Assembly: GCA_003614675.1 (NCBI GenBank)
Contig: ML002339.1
Location: 1-40,388 of the forward strand
Direction of reading: 5' to 3'
Source of the DNA: Dimargaris cristalligena
Taxonomy: Eukaryota
DNA length: 40,388 bases
Positions within the stretch are counted from its first letter, which is position 1. Each line of letters begins with the position of its first letter. Below the pieces are notes generated by a model. It had not been told where the DNA came from. It searched no databases and saw only the letters and a program-made list of their open reading frames with translations. Both the position numbers and the translations under genes were made by a program. This document shows, in pieces, positions 23,007 to 35,199 of this stretch.

Positions 23007-26000
23007 CGCCGCCCCGAAACTTCTTTACGTTTTTCACACTTCTATTTTTTCATATATATATTTCACTTTCAATTCTGTTATTTTCGAAACCACACCCATT
23101 GGACTAAATGAATAGTGCCGGAAAACCCCGCCTGGTCTAGTGCGACCCACCGCAGCCCAGGTCCGTGAGTGGCCTATAGATCGATGGGGTTAGTCACGTA
23201 ATGAGTAACCATCCATTAAACTAAGGCCAATCCTTCCCGCACAGTAAAGGCTCATTCCCCTATTTTCCGTAGAGGTCTTTTATCTTCCTCCCGATTACCA
23301 CTGGCCCTTTCTCTGATGGCGTTCCAACGGTCATCTACGGATGGGAATGCAGAGCAAGTTTCTAAAAACAGCTTAAATCATCCGAGTTTATAATGCGCCA
23401 CGTATAGACATCGGGTGATATTTTTGGATACACCGGCCAATGGAAAAGGCATGTAATGTCCCAGATTCGATAATGCTGCCATTAACTTCGCAGCATTGGG
23501 TCCCTCTCTTCACACCCACGTACATATCCCTCTCCTCCCCTTCCTATTCACCCGAACCTCCCATACTAGATAGACCCCGGCTGTCAACCCATTAGTAAGT
23601 TGGATAGAAGGTTCTAACTCTAGTCCAGCTGTGAGCCGCACTAGGGCATATGTGGATTGGGCGGTACGGTGAAATCAGCCAAGCGTGCATACGGCACACT
23701 CTCGGTGTTTGAAAAGGGGGAGGAGGATATGTGGCCACAATTAGAGTTGCTATTGCCTAAGGTAATGGGACTGTTTCCCCATTGCTGAAACACATAAACC
23801 ACCTATTACTATAATCGGCACAGTCTAACCCCGGTGGAATCGTATAATGAACCGTTTTATTCTTCATGCAGCTGTTATGCCCATAGGTGTGTCTACATCG
23901 TCACCTATGGGGTCGTGTTTCAGATCCAAGGGGTGTATGTGTACCTCTCTCTCTGTGTGTGTGTGTGTCTGGGTGTGTGGGTTTGGGTGCGTATATTTAA
24001 TGGAGGAAGGGAAAATAGGTGGAGAAGGATATAAACCCGGTTAGTACAAGGGTGACAGCTATCATCGATGCATGTGAAACGGGCACCCCCCTTCTTCTTC
24101 TTACTAGTCGAAGTCCCTTCGGTACCCACATGCCAGGTCCACTAGATGAGAAACATCCTGTCTGTATTTAGACGACGACCAACTTAGGCTACCTTGATTA
24201 GTAGTGTATCGAGAATCGGTCGACTTTTCTCCGACATTCTCGTGGTCGACGAATCGGAACAGGGTAGGTGGTGGGGAGTGTTTTATGTTCAGGCAAAAAC
24301 GGATCCTAAGGGGGGAGGGGATGGAGACAGCTTCACCATGATCATTACGGATAATGTAATTGTAATTGCCAGGCAAAGAAAAAATATAGCATCAGATTAT
24401 GGGGCTGCTATGAAGTGAACCACTGTGGCAACTACATCCTCCGCCACGTCCCCTTGGTGAGCTGGTCCACCCCTTCACTATCAACAGAAGTGAAAAAAAA
24501 GGGGGGTGAGAGAGAGAGTGAACGTGCAGAGTCCAAGGTGTAGAAGAGAATGAAAATGGAAACAGGAAGGTTGCTCTCTCCTAATGAAACTCTAGACCAT
24601 AAAGAGCAAATGAAGGGCTCCTCATTCACGGTATTCGGTGCCCATCGCCTACTACTACTACATCACATATAATGATCCTTTGGGCATTGTCTACTACCCC
24701 TCCCCCACCCACTCGCTGTGGGCCTCCCTAGCCAGTCTCGACTTGCTTCATCGTCTGGCCATTTGTTTATTTTTTTCGGCATGGCTTTCCTTATCCGCTC
24801 TAAACCCTCCGAATCTAACCGTGCTATTATAATGAATTGGAGGCCACTTGTTTCATAACTTTCTACACTCCCCCAGCATAGCCAACTCTAGGAAAAGGTG
24901 CAGCTTACCAATACTGACGCTGTATAATATCTACACTTCTATGCATGATGAGAAACCCCGCTCCGACTTGAATGTCCTAGTCAGTTTCGAATGGGTTCAT
25001 CAGGTTAGAAATCAAGTAGAAAAACGGGGCGGTAATCGCTAAATTAGCCCATTGTATTGCGCGCGGGCAGTGTATAGGAGGGGAACGGTGGATAATAAAG
25101 GTAACTCGGGGAGTGTACTGGAAGACAGACGGGTAGTCGTGAATGTAAGCCCTGCGAAACGGGTTTATCCAGCCACTTAAAAACAATCCGTCCGGCATTC
25201 CTCTACGTATGCGCCCCACCTTCCCCATCCCCGTAAACTAGGAGATAAACGGTGCGTACATACCTATGCCCTTACCCACCTGCACATACACTCCCGCATG
25301 TGTAGCCCAGTTACTTCCCATCCCCCCTTCTCTCCCAAATTATAAAACGATGGATTATATGAAGCAACCTGGATTCAGGGAAATTGAATGATCACATATC
25401 ACCTTTCCAGGTAAAAATAGACCACCTACGATCTCGATGGCATTAACATACCAGGAACTAGAGTGGTTAAGCCTCCGAAGTCTCGCAGGTCTATAGGGGT
25501 TAGTGAAGCATCGGGGACCCATATGCAACTATGGGTCAGCCGTAGCATGGACGCTCTGCAAGGCGAACCGTGGTTAGTTTGTATCGAGAGTGAGTGCAGT
25601 GATACCCCGCCCAACATGGATAATATAAGTCCTTCAGGGTAGCCACTACCTTGCCCCCGTCTCCTACCTGTCCGAAGAAATTCTCGGGGGGAGAGGAAAT
25701 TAAAAAGTAAAAGAAATAATCTATTAGTGGCCGTATAGCCTCAGATATTAGCTGGAAAGGGTGATTCCGGTTAATTCCGATTCGACTATACCACCACGTT
25801 GAATCTTTCAAGACCATCGTACCGCGTGTATCTAGATCTCTTCCTCCATTCAGCGTATTACGGACTATTTGCGCTAATCACTGGGCTTGGTCGCTTTTTT
25901 TGGTCTTGAATGAATGGTGCGAATATCGGCCGAAGGTGAGGGGCTAAACAGATGGTGGTACACCATCGTCATTCTGAACAGCTTTTCAGCAGTGAACCCC

Positions 26001-29000
26001 CGAATTGGCCCGAATCAACGGCTAAAAAAAAGACACAATATTTTGTTTTTTGAAGTCGACGCCGGACGATAGGTCCCAGATCATCGACTGATCACCACCA
26101 ACGTACAAACTATCGGAGGAAGGATGGCCCCGATTTTTTTTTTGGTTGATCACCCTTCTGGTATACCGCGATTTCTAATATTAGATATTAGGGGGGGGGG
26201 GGTTACAGGAGCTGGTCAAAGTTGAAACACGGTGGCCGGGTCGCGAAGGTAGCCCCCACTATATGACTTCAATCTTCATAATCGAGTGTGAGGCGGCAGG
26301 CCAGTATAGCCCAATGCCGGCAATTAAGACAAGACCTGCCTTCATTTTTTTAATTATTACGTTAGGACTGCATTCATTACCACTATGGTAGTTAGTCTAG
26401 GCCCTCCACAACCCCCCTTTCCCTATCCAATTCAACATTACCCCACCTAATTAGTAAGTGGTCAAAGGCAACAACAATAAGCCATTGGCGTTTGTTTATT
26501 TGGAAACCACTCCGTTCCCGAGTAATTGATTGGGTACCATTATTAGGAACCCTTGATTCGGCCACCCACTACATCGGCTTTGCACAGTTGGCGAATCTTC
26601 GTTTTTCTTTTGGAGGTTTACCTTCAAGGTAATGGGGTGGAAAGGAGGAGAGAGGGCGGTAGATGAGTGAGTGGGATCGTAGACTAAACAATATAACATG
26701 GCTTACTGTTGATGATGGCATTTGAATGTACTTTTTTTTAATGAAACAGGGTCTTCCGAAAGCCAAGGTCCAATTAAAGGACTTCGCCTAGGGTTGATGA
26801 AAGGACAGGGGAGTGTGATATTGTGAATGTCTGAATGGCATGAATATTTGACTATCAGCTACTGAAGTACCTAACCTGCACTCCGGTGTAGTCACTGGGG
26901 TGGTACGCTACCCGCTAAGTATTACCGCACCAATACAGATCAATTCTACATGTACTTGAATTCTCTACCTCGAAAGCTCTAGACCTTCGCCCATTCACCT
27001 TCACTTTGAAAGGTGGGGAGGCACGGCGACTTGCCTTGAGATTAGCCTCATAAAGGGTGCTCCTACAACCCTATTATAGTAGCAGTTGGGCGAACCGATT
27101 AACATGTTATGAACAAAGATTGCGGCTTCATCATAGCCTACTGTATGATGCGTTGATCGGGGTATTCGAAAACGTGTTAAAGCAGTATGAAGACTTCGCG
27201 TTTGATTTGGATTTTTTATATATATACACTGATCGATCCAGAGTGGACTGTGTAGCCATAGTCAAACTGCGAACGTGAATGGGTGTTGTGTTCGACCGGT
27301 TCTCCATTTCGAATGGGAGAGTTAGTTGCCGGAAAACTCATCGGTTGTAGTAGGTTTGAAGGAAGGGGGGGTAGATTCTTGAGCATACGAGGTTTAGAAA
27401 AATGAGTCGAGTAATTTAATGACTATTTGATTGGCCAAAAAAATGCATATCCCCTCTTCCCCCCCTACCACACAGACCATCAAGTCCGGTTGATATTCCG
27501 GCAGGGGCGCATTCCAGTTGGGGAATTTCGTCGAGTGTCGGGCTAGGGGAGGCGTGATTCAGTTACCCTTGCTTTGGCCAATCGCCACAACTTCCGAACA
27601 TGCTCATTCAGGTGTCAAGATACGGATAAAGGGCAGCGCCGCGGGGATGGAAGGAGGGGGGTGGAGGATAGGGGGGCCCATAGGGAAAAATAGGGGTAGT
27701 TATGGTGGTTGTGGTGGATAACCGCTAGAATAACGCGCCACCCCTCCCCATTTCATTAAGTATGGTACCTTTTCCATTTTCTAATCACCCTACGCCAAGT
27801 CAGTTTACCCATGTCTCTTCTAAATAGCAATTCTTTGGTAGGCATTGGCGATGGTTATTATCTTTTCAAAAATATCCACCGATGGCGTCTATACGTTCTC
27901 ATTCCCTTGTTTTCAACCCGATATCATTTCTCACACACACGCCCGCTTCCGTTTCCAATTAAGGGGATAGTGGCGATGTGGACCCTCCCTGGGTAACCAG
28001 AAATGTTTCAGGTGGCCACTATTTATCTATTGGCAGCCCTGAGGGGATCAGCGTGGTCGCCTATTGTCGTCATAATCAATCACCATTATGGCAAAAATAC
28101 GTATCCACCACGAAGAACCTGAAGACATTACTCAATAATAATGGCGAGTAGGGGGGGCTTTAAAGAGTCATGGGAGTAGGGCTTTATCCAAGAGCATAGT
28201 CCTATTTTTAAACCTTAACTACAGGAAAAAGGGTATGTCATTCCCGGGGCGCTTTGGCCCAAGTGTCCCAGGATAAGAATGGGGCTCGGACAATCACCAC
28301 ATGGTGCGGTCACCCTCTTCGTCAGGCCATTGCTTAGCAATCAAATAGCGAGTTCCACTGGAACCAATTATGTGCTCATACTCAAGTCACGGTTGTTCTA
28401 CCGTAATGACATTGGTGGATTTTCGGGGATCAATGTGATATTGCTCATACCCGTACTTTAATTAAGAACCCGAGTTTAATGAATGGGTTGGTGACCGTAT
28501 TCATTTGAGAACCCCTTCATCAATCATTGTTTTTTTCTTCTGGGGAGGGGGGTGCTTCATCAAGACGTAGTGGTTATTCCCAGAGGGATTCCCAATTTCA
28601 ATCGGCTAGCATGATCCCGAAGTAAATCCGGATGTGGACCAACCTATATCGGCAACTTATACCTTTTAGTTCTACATTCAGTGAGGAGGATCAGTTTTTA
28701 TCTATATTTTATGAAGGTCCAGTTGATTTCTTAGGTTCCTCCAATGCACCGTTTATGGGTGATACTCACCATGCATTTAATTCATGGTTCGAATTCCGAC
28801 ACTATGAGCACACCCGATCCACAGTATGGCTAGTGTTATAGACGAGGAGGAAAGGGGGGAGGGGAGAAAGGTGGCTTCCAGTGTAAAAATTGTATCCAGT
28901 AGGATAGCTTGATCTATAGGTTGGATAGTTGCGATTGAAGAAAGTGAAATGAGAGTGGAGGCAGCAGAGTCAGGAGGGGGTAGAAAAATGGTGACTTAGG

Positions 29001-32000
29001 TGTAGTCTTGCCTGTGTATGGGCGGGGGTCATTGGTCTGGTTGCTCTGAACCGAACCCCCCTGTGATTCCCCTGGGTTTCCATTCCTCCATTTCCGACAA
29101 TGGTTATAGTAGGGGTTAGTCAATTTCGAATTGTACTCTTGGAATGACCTGGGGGTCTTGGACCCCCCCCCCCCCATACGTAGACGGACATCGCAACCTA
29201 AATCAATACCGAGAGTAGGCGGATAATCCCGTGATGTGGGTCAGAGAGAGAGAGAGACAGAGAGAGGAGGGGTGACATGGTGCAACGGCGCCGCCACCCT
29301 GTTACTTTTTGGAACATGTCCAAACTCTGTAGAACGGCCTTATTCACAGCTTATCATCAACCAACAAGTCCGAAGAACGCCTCAGGGTAAATGGAGTCGG
29401 ACTTGACTGTACAAGTCCGCCGGTCCGCACTGACCCTGGGTGCATTGTCGTGGCTACCAGGCCTTGGTCGATGCGGCAACAATTGTTATCAAAATGGGGT
29501 AAAGAGGGGGGGGGGTAATAATAATGAGGAGGAGGGAGGCTTAACTCCATACTTTGCCGGCTTTTTATTAACGCGAAGGTAGTAGAAAGAACAATTCGAT
29601 TGACTATGATTCATTCTCATACTGGTGTCGGTTGGTGGAGGCGGGAACAGTGACAAATCCTATTTACTGGATATATATATATATTAATTCTACAATACCA
29701 TGACAATGTTGTATATACACCATTAATGCAAAGTGAAATACCCTGCACCGTCGGACATTGCAACAGGTTTCAAAAACCGGATCACCCGATCTGAGGCCCA
29801 CACTATAATCTACCATGCCGATTCTATTGCCATCATTTAATAACTTTATAATAAAGATTTTATAAAGCGAGACTGATGATGACAGGCTATTAACATCTAT
29901 AAATAAAACTATACTAAATATAGTATTGATCCAGCTATATATTTCTTGTGATGATGGGGTACTATAAGGCAACAGTATTTTGGGAAACCTTGTAATACTT
30001 TGACAGGCGCTATATATTCTAATGCTATGACCACATTGCTAAAACAGGCATTGATATCATTGAATCCGCAGCCTTCTCGTCACCTGGCCTTCCTGTCCTC
30101 CTTGCTATACTATGGTGATGTTCAAACACGTAAACCACTTACTAATTTGGAAAAATGTGATTTTTACCATTGTGAATTGGGGTAGTATTACTATTTATAA
30201 AACCCGGCTGGACTAGTCATCAAGCTGGTTAACCTTCCGTACTTGGCGCCATGCAGGCGGAAGGTGAATCATGAGAGCTCTAGGTAAAGAATACCGCCCG
30301 TGAACAATCAGCCAGTTGGATTCCAATCGTCGGTTATTACAATGTTTTTCCCAGGTATGGGGTATAGGCAGTGTGCGCCGATCTATCCTGGATAAACTAA
30401 GATGCAGAGGAGACTACCTCCTACCTAGTTGCAATTTGGAATATGATTCACTGATGGCCGTTTCCCCGCCCAAGGAACTCCATTATAGATTCCAAAATGG
30501 AAATAGCTTTTTTCCTACTCCGTCCCATATGTAATTTTGCTGGGCCGATCAGCGGCTATTGCGGTGGGTGTGGGTATGTGAGTGTATAGCAGCAATGTAG
30601 ACCTACGTACTGCGCCGGTATGTGCCCCATTGGTGCCATACCCAAGGCAAGTCCGAGAAAAGGGGCGAAGGAAAGCTTAGGGGAATCATTGTAAGTTTAT
30701 ATTCATGAGGCGGCCACATACCAGTAGTCCCAGTGCGCAATTTGATGCCTCCCCCGCCCCTCACTTGCCTGCAGCAGCCTCCTCTCACTGAATCTACTCA
30801 AGTAATGTTATTATGACTTGGATTGAATTGCGGTGTGGCACCGATGCACTTTGCCTGGCGACCTCTACTCTGGCAAGACTGTCCGAAAAAGTCTAAATGA
30901 AATTTTTGGGACTGCAAAGCACTTTTTGGAATTCATCAGCCCAGCTAGCTAATACTGCCGAAATAGAGCGGGGTTTGGTGGGTGGCTCACTCATCAAGGT
31001 AAATCAACTGGTCGGGGTAGCGACCTGATATTTGGCCATCGTGAGTCGGGAGGGCCGGCAACTACTCTGATTTTTGAGTTTGGGGGTACATGTATAATGC
31101 AGTTGTAGTCTGCGCAGCGAACACCACTGCTCAACAGGCTACGCCAGGATGAGAGTCATGGGCAAGTGGGGGATCCTTGACTTAATTATATATATTAAAT
31201 AGGCCTCCCTCCACCCCATTTTTTTTTTCGAAACGTACTCTTTAGCCAAAGATTAACAGGTCTGGGGTTTTATCAATTAACCCTTAATTGGTCTGCTGTC
31301 GAAGGTTCAAGAAATAGCCAACAATATATTTTTTTCATGACCATGGCCAACCGAGACTGCGGTCTAGCAGTTGATTGGCTTGATGGTAAGACGCCGCAGC
31401 CTCCAAGGGGCCAAAGGATCAAGTGGTATTAATCCGGGCCGCCCCCAAAGTAGAACACTGGTTTCGGCTCTGTTGGCATTGTTGATCCACCATCATAGAT
31501 ATATAAGTGTCTGGAATCTACCAGAACAGCCAAATACAGTGGCGTTGGTCAAGGGACATGAGGTGGGGGGTTAGGGGAGGGAAGGGTACTGCGGCGGCGG
31601 CAAGGGAACACTATACCTTTAAGTTCACCGCTACCCTCAATTTGATTGATTAATTACGCGAGTTATGGTGTCTTTAGGTCCTGAAGGTCAAAAAATGGCG
31701 GTATTAAGATGAGTGGGTGATTAAATGACGTCCAAGGAAGATTCGCTCTACCCTCGTTCCACGCCGATTCACTACACTGGTCCTTGCCGAATGCTGGCCA
31801 AGGGGCCCCTTACTGGCTGCCCATTGTATACCCTGGTTCCTCCGCGCATGTTCCAACCTCACTATTATTATCTCACTATCCCCTATAATCTGATACAGGG
31901 TACTTCTCACCACACGTAGAGAGGGGATAGGGATAGGGAGGGATCTGCCATCCATTGGCAGCCCCTTTTAGCTACTCCACACCCTTTTCTTTAGCGTGCA

Positions 32001-34275
32001 CCTAGAAACATGTAGGCCAGGCGGTCCCAACCGCTTATTTTGAAATGATACCATAATAAATATTGGATCCTAACTGAACCCGAGTGTCCCTATTAACCCT
32101 CAATCAAACTTAGCTACATGCTTTTAGAAGATCGTTGGTGAACCTTTAGTTGGAACCCCAGGAAGGAGTGCAGCTTGAAGTAAAAATAGTGAAAATATAT
32201 CAAGTTGATGGCTGGCATTTAAAAAATATATATATGCAAATGCATTAATTTCCACCAATGTGTCCAAGGGGTGAGTGTGTATCAGAGTTGTCGCCGAATA
32301 GGTTTGGTAAATGTGCACAGGCCCTCCTCATTCACTTTTCTATTTCCGCTTCCGCAATGGCTATATCGGATACCGAGCACACCCATTCAGGGGAACCACA
32401 ATGTGCCTCAACGAGTCATCGTTACATGGACAGTGGGCTTCGTAATCATTCAACCATAAACATCCGGGGGCACTACAGATGGGGAGGGGGCAAACTCCCT
32501 AGAGCCTTGTCGATTTCATAAGGAGCACCGTCAACTGAATAAGCCAGTCCCATTAATGAAATTAGAATACTCCTTATCCGTATATACATGAATACATATA
32601 GATTGGAATTCCCTCATCTAAAATTGCTTTTATGAAGTGAGGTTTTTCTCGATTTGACTAACCAGTAAACTCGGATGGCAGAATCGGGCCGTGCCTCGGC
32701 CAGTCGACACAGTCCTGGTCAGACTGGTGGGTTTACTTTCTACTACCGCCGGGGTGTGCGACTAACAGTGTGTATACTTAGTAGTGCTTTACTATATACC
32801 TTCCTTCTCCTTTATGTCTTTAGTACTAGTTGATGAATTGTCTAAATGGTGACGGTCTAGGGTTATTACCAGAAGTCCATGCAAGGGGTGCGACCGTGCG
32901 GAACTTCCAATAGTTCGCCAGTGGTTCCCGTTTAGGCCGGCGGTGAGGGGAGGTGCTATTAAATGCACCACTTCAAGGTGACGGAGCAGTCTTGCTCCAC
33001 GGTTGCACTCTCGGTGTGTCTTCAATGCTATCAGGAAAGTTGGCTAAAGAACGGTGATAATGCTGGAATGACCAACTGGCATGGATTACACCCGGGTACC
33101 CCATTACTGACTTACCCATCCAACATCCAGCCATGCTATCATGGACAATTAGGCATAGTTAGTTTGGCTCTAGAGTGGTGGCGGGAATGGTATGGAACCT
33201 AAAACATAAAGAATGTTGTCCAATACCCACTTCCACTTTTGCACTCGACGTTCGCCAAGCCGTTTAGTTGAATGTCGAATTCGAATGAAGAAAGAGGGCC
33301 ACAGTCCGTGGCTTGAAAAAATCATTCTAAAGTTCGAGTGCCCTTCCTCCCCCCATTTAACTTTAACTACACCCCAACGTGTTATTAAGACGCATTTTTT
33401 TTTAGTACAGAGGGTATACGCCCTTTTCAACCCCTTCCTCCCCCCCTTTTCCCACTTTGGAATAAGCGAACTCGCTAGAGGAATTAGTACTTCCAAGATA
33501 TTATGTAGGGGCCTGAACAGGTAGCGTGAGGGTAGTACGACATCCATAAGGAGTTACGTCTTTTGGTTAACCAAACCACCTTTTCGTACTTTTCTCTGAG
33601 CTGAACTTCTTCGGATTTCCTTTTCTTAATAATAAGTGACCCGAGATCAAGCCTCCCCTCCAACCTCTTTTCCGCTAGGCATTGGTGTGGGACTCGAGGC
33701 CCGCGCCCCGCTGGGTTTTAGGGGATGAAGAGGGGGGGGGGTGGTTACCAAGCAGCAAGAATACGGGGTGCCCTGAGTAATAGGTTGGTCGGGGCCATTC
33801 CAGTCTGATACACTCCAACTCGGGACACTGATGCGAAAAGGTGGTCAATGCCAGTGATGCGTCTAGCCCACGGGGCATTATCACTGCGATTCCATAAGAT
33901 TCATGATTAATAAAATGTGTAAAAAAAATCAAATTAATTACCGCTGCACCAGACCTCTTTTCTATATTACACAGCTCGAGTCGAATACTCCTTATCATCG
34001 GGACCACCTCCCACCTTCTTTGTATGGTTTTTCCTCATTCGCCCCACAATGCCATAAGGTGAATTAGTGACGAATTTTCCTCCCCTCTCTACTGGTCCTT
34101 TGGTACAGGCCCCGGATCTTATCTCCCAATAAGGACCCTGGTCTAGTGTGCCCGTCCGATGGGTCATACAGCATGGTCCTTTGAGTAACTAAAGTCGCCA
34201 AAAAGAGGGTGCTTTTCTGTTAACCAAAAATAATATATATAAAAAACAGGGCTGGCAAACGGGGGATGGGGGCGG

Positions 34276-34279
<4 letters not shown>

Positions 34280-34309
<30 letters not shown>
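34280..34309. repeat. (GA)15 microsatellite
   Basis: Uninterrupted GA run of 30 nt. Confidence 0.95.
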
Positions 34310-34311
<2 letters not shown>

Positions 34312-35199
34312 CCCTTCACCGGCACCCACCGCTTGGTTGGTATATTCATGTTATTATCACTCCCTCTGTTTCTCTTTTTGGCCAAGACTTCGCCCCCCAA
34401 TTATTAGTGGAATGCCCCTAACCAATTTACTATGCTCATCCAATAGTAGACGAATGGCCAAGAATTCGTCGACGTAATGCGGTCGGGGCGCAAACCCAAG
34501 TAAGCCTGTATGAATTCACCAAGGGTCTTCGTGGAACGCGGTAGTTCCACTCAACCGTCCTTATTTTCCCGTACCTTTACCTCGTCTGTATACAGCCGAC
34601 CCGAGGGGTTTACCAGCTGTAACACACTCCAGTATCGATGGCGACGATGCAACGATAGAATAATGGATGGCCAGCGATGCTTAGCTGGTCGCTAGGAAAA
34701 CCCATCTATCCCGGTGCATCGTTCACCGCATTACAGACTACCACTTGGCCGACAAACTAACACGGGCCTGTATCTAGCTTAGTATATTATCTCGATCTCT
34801 GGTCTACTTTAATCGATCAAAATATTTAATGTAAGGCCTGGCTGGAAAGGCATTAAAGGGACACCACGGTCCACCTATATTGGCTCATCGGCAACTTGGG
34901 ACCGCATCATTAAATGGACAGGGCGTTTTATAAGGACCTTACTCTTTACAAATCGATACCAGTAATATATGTCTACCGTCGGAGCGAAGGATAAGACTTT
35001 AGTTGTGCCGATAAGATTTATTAACAAGTGGGTAAAATTCGGCTTAGCTATACGTGCTTTTGAAAGAAAGAAAGATAGATGGGAGAAGGGGTGGTATACA
35101 TTTTTTTAAAAAAAACTAGACAATCGGACTGAACCTCGCCTATATACGAGACAACCCTCTCTTTGGGCCCCCCTTTTTCGCCTAAGCGGAGTTTTAGAA

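Noticed and set aside
24194-24418. ORF containing a Walker-B-like ILVVDES
   Set aside because: An isolated 7-residue resemblance with no Walker A or other helicase motifs nearby.
28740-28810. tRNA T-loop-like GGTTCGAAT with an upstream hairpin
   Set aside because: No acceptor stem, D-arm or correct spacing for a cloverleaf.
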